Assembly: GCA_036824265.1 (NCBI GenBank)
Contig: DAITAL010000002.1
Coordinates: 40,764-104,763, forward strand
DNA: 64,000 bases
From: Bacillota bacterium
GTDB taxonomy: Bacteria; Bacillota_I; Bacilli_A; Izemoplasmatales; Hujiaoplasmataceae
Direction of reading: 5' to 3'
Below, one piece after another: positions 29,195 through 37,921 of this stretch (position 1 is the stretch's first letter; every line of letters starts with the position of its first letter). Under the pieces are notes generated by a model that had not been told where the DNA came from, made no database searches, and saw only the letters and a list, made by a program, of their open reading frames with translations. The position numbers were made by a program, and so were the translations under genes.

Positions 29195-29303
29195 GAGATC
29201 ACCCGGCCTTACACCAATTGTAACACATCGCCGGTGATTAATAAAAGATTTTGTTCAAAAAACCGCCGGTCTATGAGATAATATAAAAGTAAAGCGGGTG
29301 GAT

Positions 29304-29945
29304 ATGATGAAAGGTCGTTTTATCTCTTTTGAGGGAACCGAAGGCTCCGGAAAGACGTCCGTGATCAGAAAAATCAGAGAGCATTACGAAGCTTTGGGTT
29401 TCGTTGTCATGATCACCAGGGAACCCGGCGGCATCAGGATTTCCGAGAAGATCCGCGACATCCTGCTCAGCCGCGAGCACACGGAAATGGACGCCAGGAC
29501 GGAAGCGCTCCTGTTTGCGGCCTCTAGGCGGCAGCATCTGATCGAAAAGATCGTGCCGGCGCTCAACCGGGGCGAGATGGTCCTATGCGACCGCTTCGTC
29601 GACAGCAGCCTCGTCTACCAGGGTTTGGCCCGCGACCTGGGGTTTGCGGAAGTCATGGGCATCAACCAGTTCGCGATCGAGAATCATTTTCCCGATCTCA
29701 CCCTGTTCATCGATGTCAGGCCCGAAGTCGGCCTTGAACGCGTGTTCCAGACGCCGGGCCGGGAAGTCAATCGGCTCGATCTCGAACAGCGGGACTTCCA
29801 TAACCGCATCTATGACGGCTATCTCCGGCTGTGCGCGCTGTATCCAAAGCGGATCCGCCGCATCCCCGGCGAAGACGAGATCGCGATCGTCGCCCAACGC
29901 TGCATTGCGGAAATCGATGAGCTCACCCGGGGCGATCAGGCATGA
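29304..29945 (+). CDS. tmk: thymidylate kinase
   Basis: (M)MKGRFISFEGTEGSGKTS...TREPGG...DRFVDSSLVYQG. The ORF opens at GTG 29298. ATG 29304 or 29307 is equally possible. Confidence 0.93.
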   Translation: MMKGRFISFEGTEGSGKTSVIRKIREHYEALGFVVMITREPGGIRISEKIRDILLSREHTEMDARTEALLFAASRRQHLIEKIVPALNRGEMVLCDRFVDSSLVYQGLARDLGFAEVMGINQFAIENHFPDLTLFIDVRPEVGLERVFQTPGREVNRLDLEQRDFHNRIYDGYLRLCALYPKRIRRIPGEDEIAIVAQRCIAEIDELTRGDQA

Positions 29946-30976
29946 GGATCTTCACCTGGAACAGTCTTGAAGAATATCAACCCGTCGCCGCGCGGATGCT
30001 TTTGAACGGTCTCAGGCAGAAGATGGTTTCCCATTCCTACATTTTGGAGGGACCGCGGGGCACGAAACGCGTCGACGCCGCGATCCTGTTCGCCAAAACG
30101 ATGCTTTGCCAAAAACGCGACGAAGCTTTCAATCCCTGCGGCGAATGCCACAACTGCATCCGTATCGACAAACTCACGCATCCGAACGTCTTCTATGTCG
30201 GCGCGGCCGGCGAATGGATCCGGAAAAGACAGATCAAGGACCTGTTGCAGGAATTTTCCCGGGCCTCGGTGGAACCGGGTCCGCGGATCTATATCATCGA
30301 TGAGGCGGAAAAACTCAACCAGGAAGCCGGCAACACGCTTCTGAAGACGATGGAAGAGCCGGGGAACGAGATCTATCAGATCATGCTCACCACGCAACTC
30401 AGCGGCATGCTCAAGACGATCGTCTCCCGGGCGCAGATCCTGCATTTCAAACCGATCGACAAGAAGAAGATCAAACAGGATCTGCTTTTGATCGAAACAC
30501 CGCCGCGCCTCGCCAGCGCGATCGCCGAATACACCTTCAACACCGACGCGGCGATCAGGATGGCTCAGGACACGCAGATCGGGGCGATCGTCGATCTTGC
30601 CCTGGATATCTACCATAACCTGCTCAAGCGCGAACACTCGATCATCCTGCTCTTCAAGGATGCCCGCGAACTCGTGATGGCCACGGCGGAAACCACCGAT
30701 TTTTTCCTGACGGTCATGATCCTGTTCATGAAGGATCTGCTCAACCAGAAGCTCCGCTACGAGGACTTGATCGTCTTCGATTCCGAGCGGCTGGCAATCG
30801 AGAAACTGGCCGACCGGACGCCGCAGAAACTCATCGAGGAGCAACTCGGGCTGATGCTCGGACTGAAAGCGAAACTGAAATACAATATCAACAGCAATCT
30901 GGCATTCGACAAGATGCTGGCCTGCTTGGAAAGAGGAATCGTTCATGGATTATCTTGTAGTGCCGATCCAGTTTAG
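29942..30976 (+). CDS. holB: DNA polymerase III subunit delta'
   Basis: ...SHSYILEGPRGTKRV...CGECHNCIRI...IYIIDEAEKLNQEAGNTLLKTMEEP. ATGA overlap with tmk. Confidence 0.9.
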   Translation: MRIFTWNSLEEYQPVAARMLLNGLRQKMVSHSYILEGPRGTKRVDAAILFAKTMLCQKRDEAFNPCGECHNCIRIDKLTHPNVFYVGAAGEWIRKRQIKDLLQEFSRASVEPGPRIYIIDEAEKLNQEAGNTLLKTMEEPGNEIYQIMLTTQLSGMLKTIVSRAQILHFKPIDKKKIKQDLLLIETPPRLASAIAEYTFNTDAAIRMAQDTQIGAIVDLALDIYHNLLKREHSIILLFKDARELVMATAETTDFFLTVMILFMKDLLNQKLRYEDLIVFDSERLAIEKLADRTPQKLIEEQLGLMLGLKAKLKYNINSNLAFDKMLACLERGIVHGLSCSADPV

Positions 30977-31805
30977 CCGACTGGGCAAGAAATACTATTT
31001 CTCCGCCGAGGGCAAAACCGTCAAGGCGGGTGACATGGTCGTCGTGGAAACCATCAGGGGCATCGAAGTCGGCTATGCGGCGGAAAACCCCAAACTCATC
31101 AGGGACTCCGAAGTCGTATCGCCCCTGAAACCGATCATCCGCGTCGCGACTGAACAAGATCAGATCGCGCAAAGTGAAAACGAGGCGATGGAACCGATCG
31201 TCCTGCGGAAAACCGCCGAACTGGTCCGGCGCCATCAATTGGAAATGAAGCTTCTGAATGCCGAATTCACTTTGGACAAGCTGAAACTGATCATCTATTT
31301 CACCGCCGAGGGCCGGGTCGACTTTCGCGAACTCGTCAAGGATCTGGCCAACGAATTCCATGTCCGGATCGAACTCAGGCAGGTCGGAGCCCGCGACGGC
31401 GCCAAGGTTTTGGGCGGGATCGGCCCCTGCGGCCTGATCACCTGCTGTTCGTCGTTTCTCGGCGAATTCGAACCTGTCTCGATCAAGATGGCGAAGAACC
31501 AGAACCTTTCGCTCAACCCGAGCAACATCTCCGGGTTGTGCGGCAAACTGCTCTGCTGCATCCATTATGAGGATGAGAATTACCGGGAGTTCCGCAAACG
31601 GATGCCGAAGATCGACTCCTATGTCAACACCCCCGACGGCCGCGGCAGGGTGACCCAGGTCAATTTCGTCACCCTCACAGCCAAGATCGAGCTCGAGGAA
31701 GGCAAAGCCGGGTTCTATCATGTCTCCAAACTGAGTTTTCGCGAAAAGGCGATCGAAGAGGACATCGACAACGGCATTGACGACTTCAAGGCGCTCGAGG
31801 GCTGA
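30945..31805 (+). CDS. ricT: PSP1-domain protein RicT/YaaT
   Basis: ...LNAEFTLDKLKLIIYFTAEGRVDFRELVKDLA...GPCGLITCCSSFL...LCGKLLCCIHYE. Overlaps the holB 3' end by 32 nt. Confidence 0.9.
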   Translation: MDYLVVPIQFSRLGKKYYFSAEGKTVKAGDMVVVETIRGIEVGYAAENPKLIRDSEVVSPLKPIIRVATEQDQIAQSENEAMEPIVLRKTAELVRRHQLEMKLLNAEFTLDKLKLIIYFTAEGRVDFRELVKDLANEFHVRIELRQVGARDGAKVLGGIGPCGLITCCSSFLGEFEPVSIKMAKNQNLSLNPSNISGLCGKLLCCIHYEDENYREFRKRMPKIDSYVNTPDGRGRVTQVNFVTLTAKIELEEGKAGFYHVSKLSFREKAIEEDIDNGIDDFKALEG

Positions 31806-31810
31806 TTCCC

Positions 31811-32590
31811 TTGGCGGCGACAGCATATCCCGAACTCGTTCATGACCTACTGGGGCACGAGGGTCTGAAAATCATCCAGCGAGAGGATTTGTTCCGTTTG
31901 TCCCTGGATGCCGCCCTGCTCGCCGCTTTTGTCCGGATCAATCCGCGGACGCGGGCGATCATCGATCTCGGCAGCGGGCTCGGACCGCTCCCCTTGCTTT
32001 TGTCCTGCAAAACCAAGGCCAAAATCACCGGCATCGAAATCAACCCGGATCTTTGCGACCTCGCGAGAAAAAGCGTGGCGCTGAACCAACTCACAGAGCA
32101 GATCGCGATCATCCAGGACGACATTCGTGTCGTCCATTCTCGTTTCGCGCCGGCCTCATTCGACATCGTCGTCACGAATCCGCCTTTCTTCCGGCTTCAT
32201 GATGGTTTCCGCCGACAAGCGGCCTCCGCCGTGATCGCCGCCAGGCATGAGACCTCGATCGACTTCCCGACGATCGCCCAGCAGGCGAAACGGCTTTTGA
32301 AACTTGGTGGCCTCTTCGTTTTCATCCAGCGCGCCGGCCGCCTGGAAGAACTCGTCCAGCATCTTGAAAAGACCGCTTTCGCCATCAAAAGGATCCGCTA
32401 TGTCCATGCGAAACCGGACCGGCCGGCACTCCTCATGCTTGTGGAAGCCGCCGCCGGCGGCAAGCGGAGCGGACTCCGGATCGAGCCGCCGCTCTTCGTC
32501 CACAAGCCAAGCGGCGAATATACCGAAGAGGCTCTGAACATCTTCAACGACAAGGCTGGTGAATATCTTGAAACGACATCGGAATTATGA
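31811..32590 (+). CDS. class I SAM-dependent methyltransferase, YabB/TrmN6 (tRNA m6A37)-like
   Basis: IDLGSGLGPLPLLL (motif I) and VVTNPPFF (N6-adenine MTase motif IV). Synteny downstream of ricT as in B. subtilis yabB. TTG start. Confidence 0.8.
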   Translation: MAATAYPELVHDLLGHEGLKIIQREDLFRLSLDAALLAAFVRINPRTRAIIDLGSGLGPLPLLLSCKTKAKITGIEINPDLCDLARKSVALNQLTEQIAIIQDDIRVVHSRFAPASFDIVVTNPPFFRLHDGFRRQAASAVIAARHETSIDFPTIAQQAKRLLKLGGLFVFIQRAGRLEELVQHLEKTAFAIKRIRYVHAKPDRPALLMLVEAAAGGKRSGLRIEPPLFVHKPSGEYTEEALNIFNDKAGEYLETTSEL

Positions 32591-33416
32591 CAATGACAGG
32601 CCGACTCTGTATCTGATTTCCACACCGATCGGCAATCTCGAGGACATCACGATGCGGGCGTTGAAGACGCTCGCAAGCGTGGACGTCATCTTCGCGGAAG
32701 ACACGAGGGTAACAAAGAAACTGCTTGGCCATTACCAGATCGACAAGCCTTTGAGGAGTTTCCACGAGCACAATCGCGATGATGCGGAAATCGCCGTCTT
32801 GGGCCATTTGGCAAACCATGAGGATGTTGGTTTGATCAGTGACGCCGGCATGCCGCTTCTGAGTGATCCCGGAGCCGGGCTCGTCCAGAAGTGTCTGGAT
32901 CTCGACATCAACGTCGTCTGTCTGCCGGGACCAAGCGCCGGCATCACCGGGCTCCTGATGTCGGGTCTGACACCGATCCCCCATTTGTTCCACGGATTCC
33001 TTGATGCGAAGCCAAAAAGAAGAACAGCCCAACTGGAGGGCCTGCGCTACCGCGAGGAAACCCTTGTCTTTTATGAGGCTCCTCATCGGATCATTGAATT
33101 GATGAACGACATCCAAACAGTGATGGGCGACCGTGAAGTCGTCCTCGTCCGGGAAATCTCGAAAAAATTCGAGGAGGTCATCCGCGGGACCGCCGGGGAG
33201 CTGGCCGCGATCGAACCGCCCAAAGGTGAATTCGTCGTGGTCGTCGCCGGCTATCGGAAAGACAAGTCGGAAACAGGCGAGCTTGATATCGTCAAGGCCG
33301 TCACCGACTTCGTCGCCGGTGGTCTGACGAAAACGGAGGCCATGAAAAAGGTCGCCGCGCTCACCGGCATCCCAAAAAACAAAATCTATGGCGAATACTT
33401 GGAAAAGACGAAATAA
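32559..33416 (+). CDS. rsmI: 16S rRNA (cytidine1402-2'-O)-methyltransferase
   Basis: ...LYLISTPIGNLEDITMRALKTLASVDVIFAEDTR... GTG start overlapping the upstream gene by 32 nt. Confidence 0.9.
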   Translation: MNILKRHRNYDNDRPTLYLISTPIGNLEDITMRALKTLASVDVIFAEDTRVTKKLLGHYQIDKPLRSFHEHNRDDAEIAVLGHLANHEDVGLISDAGMPLLSDPGAGLVQKCLDLDINVVCLPGPSAGITGLLMSGLTPIPHLFHGFLDAKPKRRTAQLEGLRYREETLVFYEAPHRIIELMNDIQTVMGDREVVLVREISKKFEEVIRGTAGELAAIEPPKGEFVVVVAGYRKDKSETGELDIVKAVTDFVAGGLTKTEAMKKVAALTGIPKNKIYGEYLEKTK

Positions 33417-33455
33417 TAATGATATAATCATTCTATCGACAAAGGAGGGATGAAC

Positions 33456-34007
33456 ATGAAGTTTGCTTGCTTGCTGGCCGACGGCTTTGAGGACATCGAA
33501 GCACTCGGAACGACGGCGCTGTTGCGCCGGGCGGGAATCGGCGTCGATTTCGTCAGCGTCTTTGCAAAGCCGACGATCAGGGGCTCTTTTGGCACCGAGG
33601 TGACGGCAGACGTCATGATGCCCAAACTGAAGGTTGCCGACTATGACGGCTTGTTTGTCCCGGGCGGCCGGGCCTCGTTCACGCTCAGGGAGACCGCCAG
33701 CGTCCTTGAAGTCGTCAGAGCTTTCCACAAGGCGAACAAATACCTGATGGCGATTTGCGCCGGACCGACGATCCTGGCGGCCGCCGGCGTGATGTCGGGT
33801 CGCAAATACGTGTGTTTTCCCGGTACCGAGTCCGATATGAGGGATGCGGTCTATGTGCCGCAGATGGCGGTGACCGACGATACGATCATCACCGCGATCG
33901 GCGCCGGCGCCGTCTACGAATTTGCCTTGGCGATCATCAAGGTCGCACTCGGCGAAGCCAAGGCCAAAGACCTTGCCAAGCGCATCTTATACAGGGAGTT
34001 CGAATAG
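33456..34007 (+). CDS. DJ-1/PfpI family protein
   Basis: MKFACLLADGFEDIEALG...LFVPGG...AICAGPTILA (nucleophile elbow Cys). GGAGG sits 7 nt before ATG 33456. The ORF opens at 33450. TGaTATAAT at 33420-33428. Confidence 0.88.
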   Translation: MKFACLLADGFEDIEALGTTALLRRAGIGVDFVSVFAKPTIRGSFGTEVTADVMMPKLKVADYDGLFVPGGRASFTLRETASVLEVVRAFHKANKYLMAICAGPTILAAAGVMSGRKYVCFPGTESDMRDAVYVPQMAVTDDTIITAIGAGAVYEFALAIIKVALGEAKAKDLAKRILYREFE

Positions 34008-34017
34008 GGGACCGCGG

Positions 34018-35964
34018 ATGAAAAAAACTTTCTATATCACGACACCGATCTATTATCCGAGCGGCCGGCTCCATATCGGCTCCGCTTACACGACTTGCTT
34101 GTGCGACACCTTGAGGCGTTACAAGGAAATGCGGGGTTATGACACCCGGTTTTTGACCGGAATGGACGAGCACGGTCTGAAGATCGTCGAAGCCGCGAGG
34201 AAAAACGGCAAGACTCCCAAGGACCATGTCGACCACATCGCCCAGCTGACCAAGGACCTGTGGCGACTGCTTTCCATCGGCAACGACGACTTCATCCGCA
34301 CGACACAACCGCGGCACGAAAGCGTCATCCAGGAGATTTTCGAGCAACTGCTCAGGCAGGACGACATCTACCTCGGCGAATACTCCGGCAACTACTGCGT
34401 CCAGTGCGAGGCCTACTTCACACCGACGCAGCTGTCGGGCTCCGACCTATGTCCGGATTGCGGTCGTCCGACCGAAATCATCAAGGAAGAGACCTACTTT
34501 TTCCGGCTGGGCAAATACCAGGACCGTCTGCTCAAGTTCATCGAGGCCAATCCCGATTTCATCGTTCCTGAAACGCGAAAGAACGAAGTCGTGCAATTCG
34601 TGAAATCGGGACTCAACGATCTCAGCGTCTCCCGGACCGCCTTCGACTGGGGCGTCAAGGTGAAAAGCGATCCCCGGCATGTGATCTATGTCTGGATCGA
34701 CGCTTTGAGCAATTACATCAGCGCCCTTGGCTATGGCTCCGCCGATGATGCCCTTTACCAAAAATATTGGCTCAAGGGCGACGAAATCATCCATGTCATC
34801 GGCAAGGACATCCTCCGCTTCCACGCCGTCTACTGGCCGATCATCCTGATGGCGGCCGGCATTCCCGTGAACTTCCGGCTGTTCGTCCACGGCTGGTATC
34901 TGATGAAGGACGGGAAAATGTCGAAATCCAAAGGCAACGTGATCTATCCGGACCAACTGGTCGCCAACTACGGACTCGACAGTTTCCGCTACTATATCGT
35001 CAAGGACCTGCCCTATGGCAACGACGGGCTGTTCACGCCGGAAGATTATGTCAGCCGCATCAACACCGAACTCGTGAACGACTACGGCAACCTGCTCAGC
35101 CGGGCGATCACGATGGTGAACAAATATTTCGGAGGCACCGTCAAGGCCACCAAGCACAACCACGCACTTTTGGCGTATGAAGCCGAACTCGAACAAACGG
35201 CCGCCGAGGTCGTCGCCAGCTACATGGAGGCGATGGACGAGTTCAAGGTCGCCGCGGCGCTGGCGGCAGTCTCGAGCCTGATCGGCAGGACGAACAAGCT
35301 GATCGACGAAACCCTGCCTTGGGAACTGGCAAAGCCAACCGGCGACAAGGATGCGCTCCAATCGGTGCTCTACCATCTTTTGGAAGCGATCAGGATCGCG
35401 ACGATCCTCTATGTGCCCGTCCTGATCGAAACCCCGGCCAAGGTGTTCGCGATGCTCGGCGTCGGGAAAAACGCCTCCGAACTTGCGGGCGCCGCCTTCG
35501 GCTTCCAGCGGGAATTCCGGGTCACGGACAAACCCATCCACATTTTTCCCAGGCTGGACGGCGAAACCGAAATCAAAAACATCAAAGCGATGATGAGCGG
35601 CGAATCCAAACCGGAAGCGCAAGCCAAACCGGCAAAACCGCTTGTGAACATCGATGTTTTCAACCAGATCGAAATCAAGGTCGGCCTCATCAAGGCGGCG
35701 GCGGTCCACAAGAACGCCAAGAAACTGCTGGTGCTCGGGATCGATACCGGCGAGCGTCTCAGGCAAGTCGTCTCGGGGATCGCGGAATTCTACCGTCCCG
35801 AAGTCCTGGTGGGCAAGAAAGTCCTCGTGATCACCAACCTCGAGCCTGTCAAACTCCGTGGCGAGATCAGCGAAGGCATGATCCTTTGCGGCGAGAGCCC
35901 GGAAGGAATACTGACGGTGATCGAAGCCGATCCAGCAATGAATGCGGGGGACGAAGTCAGATAA
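34018..35964 (+). CDS. metG: methionine--tRNA ligase with a C-terminal tRNA-binding (EMAP/Trbp111-like) domain
   Basis: MKKTFYITTPIYYPSGRLHIGSAY...KMSKSKGN...; C-terminal IEIKVGLIKAAAVHKNAKKLLVL... The track ORF (33922) is trimmed. Confidence 0.95.
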   Translation: MKKTFYITTPIYYPSGRLHIGSAYTTCLCDTLRRYKEMRGYDTRFLTGMDEHGLKIVEAARKNGKTPKDHVDHIAQLTKDLWRLLSIGNDDFIRTTQPRHESVIQEIFEQLLRQDDIYLGEYSGNYCVQCEAYFTPTQLSGSDLCPDCGRPTEIIKEETYFFRLGKYQDRLLKFIEANPDFIVPETRKNEVVQFVKSGLNDLSVSRTAFDWGVKVKSDPRHVIYVWIDALSNYISALGYGSADDALYQKYWLKGDEIIHVIGKDILRFHAVYWPIILMAAGIPVNFRLFVHGWYLMKDGKMSKSKGNVIYPDQLVANYGLDSFRYYIVKDLPYGNDGLFTPEDYVSRINTELVNDYGNLLSRAITMVNKYFGGTVKATKHNHALLAYEAELEQTAAEVVASYMEAMDEFKVAAALAAVSSLIGRTNKLIDETLPWELAKPTGDKDALQSVLYHLLEAIRIATILYVPVLIETPAKVFAMLGVGKNASELAGAAFGFQREFRVTDKPIHIFPRLDGETEIKNIKAMMSGESKPEAQAKPAKPLVNIDVFNQIEIKVGLIKAAAVHKNAKKLLVLGIDTGERLRQVVSGIAEFYRPEVLVGKKVLVITNLEPVKLRGEISEGMILCGESPEGILTVIEADPAMNAGDEVR

Positions 35965-35965
35965 C

Positions 35966-36853
35966 ATGAAAACCGCTGCTTCCAAGCGCTTCAACATCAG
36001 AAAAGAACTCAAGACCACGGTGTTCGTCGTAACGGGAACCGTTATTTCCGCACTCGGGATCCTGTTCTTCGTCAACCCCGCCAAACTCTACACCGGCGGC
36101 GTCACCGGATTATCCCAGTTGATCATCAACATCATCAATCTGCTCACAGGCGGCAACATCCTCATCAATCTCGGCCTCTTGTCCTTCATCCTCCAGATTC
36201 CTTTGCTCGTGTTCGGATATCTGCGCCTCAACAAGCGCTTCGTCTACTACACGATCCTATCCACCGTGATCTTCACCGCCATTTTGCTGTTTCGCGTCGA
36301 GACTCCGGTCATGGGGGACGATATCCTCTCGAACGCCCTTGTCGGCGGCATCCTCGGCGGACTCGGCAACGGCATCATCCACATCGTCGGCGCCTCGGGC
36401 GGCGGCACCTCGATTTTGTTTCAGTACTGGTCGATCAAGACCGGCCGCTCCGTCGGCCAATTCCAACTCGTCCTCCACGGCGCCATCATCTTGGCGGCGG
36501 GGCTGATCTTCGGACTCAACATCGCCATCTACACGATCGTCTCGCAACTCATCTCCTCGATCGTGCTGGACAAGATCTTCACCGGCTACAACTTCATGAA
36601 ACTCGAGATCATCACCGCAAACGGTCGCGAGATGGCCGATGCGCTGAAATCGCGTCTTCCCCACGGGGTGACGATGATGGACGCCGTCGGCGCCTACACC
36701 TACCAGGCCAAAACCGTGCTCTATGCGGTGATTTCCGTCCACGAGATGCAGCGTTATCTCGCAATCATCCGCGAAATCGATCCGGCGGCTTTCGTCGTGA
36801 TGACGGGGGTAGCCAAAGTCCAGGGGAAGTTCACCAAGAAGATCATTGATTGA
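35966..36853 (+). CDS. YitT-family membrane protein (DUF2179 C-terminal domain)
   Basis: ...GILFFVNPAKLYTGGVTGLSQLI...; the C-terminal soluble domain ends ...VMTGVAKVQGKF. ATG lies 1 nt after the metG stop. Confidence 0.85.
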   Translation: MKTAASKRFNIRKELKTTVFVVTGTVISALGILFFVNPAKLYTGGVTGLSQLIINIINLLTGGNILINLGLLSFILQIPLLVFGYLRLNKRFVYYTILSTVIFTAILLFRVETPVMGDDILSNALVGGILGGLGNGIIHIVGASGGGTSILFQYWSIKTGRSVGQFQLVLHGAIILAAGLIFGLNIAIYTIVSQLISSIVLDKIFTGYNFMKLEIITANGREMADALKSRLPHGVTMMDAVGAYTYQAKTVLYAVISVHEMQRYLAIIREIDPAAFVVMTGVAKVQGKFTKKIID

Positions 36854-36866
36854 CAAAAGATATTTA

Positions 36867-36895
36867 TTGACTAAAATATACTGAAGTGATATTAT
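36867..36895 (+). promoter_or_regulatory. sigma-A type promoter of rplM-rpsI (about 65 nt structured leader follows)
   Basis: TTGACT, 17 nt spacer with TGa, TATTAT. The leader contains the hairpin TTGGAAT...ATTCCAA (36914-36944), possibly an L13-type leader. Confidence 0.6.
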
Positions 36896-36960
36896 ATAGC
36901 AGGTACATTTTTGTTTGGAATCCCACAGCTCTTTAATTCCAAATTAAGGAGGAAACCAAA

Positions 36961-37395
36961 ATGAAAACCTACATGGCAAACGCTCAAACCGTTGAACGCA
37001 AATGGTTTGTGGTCGATGCCGCCGGCAAAAAACTCGGACGTCTTGCGACCGAAGTCGCCACGGTGTTGCGCGGCAAGCATAAACCCACTTTCACACCTCA
37101 TGTGGACTGTGGCGACTATGTGATCGTCATCAACGCCAGCGAAATCGAACTCACCGGAACCAAATGGGACGACAAGTTTTACCGCACCCATTCCAATTAT
37201 CCGAGCGGGTTGAAAACCAAGACAGCCAAGGTCATGATGGAGGAAAAACCGACCAGAATGGTCGAACTCGCGATCAAGGGAATGTTACCAAAGGGAAAAC
37301 TTGGAAACCAGATGTACAAAAAACTGTTTGTCTACGCGAAAGCGGAACACAAACACCAGGCACAACAGCCCGTTGTGATGGAACTCAAAGGGTAG
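36961..37395 (+). CDS. rplM: 50S ribosomal protein L13
   Basis: [47 protein letters not shown]... Confidence 0.98.
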   Translation: MKTYMANAQTVERKWFVVDAAGKKLGRLATEVATVLRGKHKPTFTPHVDCGDYVIVINASEIELTGTKWDDKFYRTHSNYPSGLKTKTAKVMMEEKPTRMVELAIKGMLPKGKLGNQMYKKLFVYAKAEHKHQAQQPVVMELKG

Positions 37396-37407
37396 GAGGA
37401 TAAAAAC

Positions 37408-37803
37408 GTGGCGAAATCAGTAATGTATCGCGGCACGGGCAGACGGAAATCGGCAGTAGCCAGAGTCATCATGAAGCCTGGCAAAGGCGCGATTGTAGTC
37501 AACGGCAGGCAACTTGTCGAATATATCCCCTCGGCCCTGGCCCGTCTCGACGTGCAGCAACCCCTGGTTCTGACCGCCAATGAAAGCACGTTCGACATCG
37601 CTGTCAACGTGAATGGCGGCGGCCTCATCGGCCAGGCCGGAGCGATCCGTCTCGGCATCACCCGCGCCCTACTCCAAGTCAATCCCGAATATCGCAAGAT
37701 CCTCAAACCGGCAGGCATGATTACCCGCGATCCTCGCGTCAAAGAACGTAAGAAATACGGTCTTAAAGCCGCTAGAAGAGCTCCGCAATTCAGCAAGCGT
37801 TAA
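37408..37803 (+). CDS. rpsI: 30S ribosomal protein S9
   Basis: ...[14 protein letters not shown]...[15 protein letters not shown]...[21 protein letters not shown] start. Confidence 0.97.
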   Translation: MAKSVMYRGTGRRKSAVARVIMKPGKGAIVVNGRQLVEYIPSALARLDVQQPLVLTANESTFDIAVNVNGGGLIGQAGAIRLGITRALLQVNPEYRKILKPAGMITRDPRVKERKKYGLKAARRAPQFSKR

Positions 37804-37819
37804 TCTTGAGATGCCAAAG

Positions 37820-37855
37820 AAAGCACAGGACCCCACACCCTGTGCTTTTGCTTTT
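37820..37855 (+). terminator. rho-independent terminator after rpsI
   Basis: AAAGCACAGG / CCTGTGCTTT stem, then TGCTTTT. Confidence 0.8.
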
Positions 37856-37867
37856 CGCAAGGAAAAA

Positions 37868-37896
37868 TTGAAATTCCAGGGCCAATGAGGTAGAAT
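37868..37896 (+). promoter_or_regulatory. sigma-A type promoter of the ABC exporter operon
   Basis: TTGAAA, 17 nt spacer, TAGAAT. Confidence 0.6.
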
Positions 37897-37921
37897 AGAA
37901 CTGCTTCCTAGAGGTGAACAC

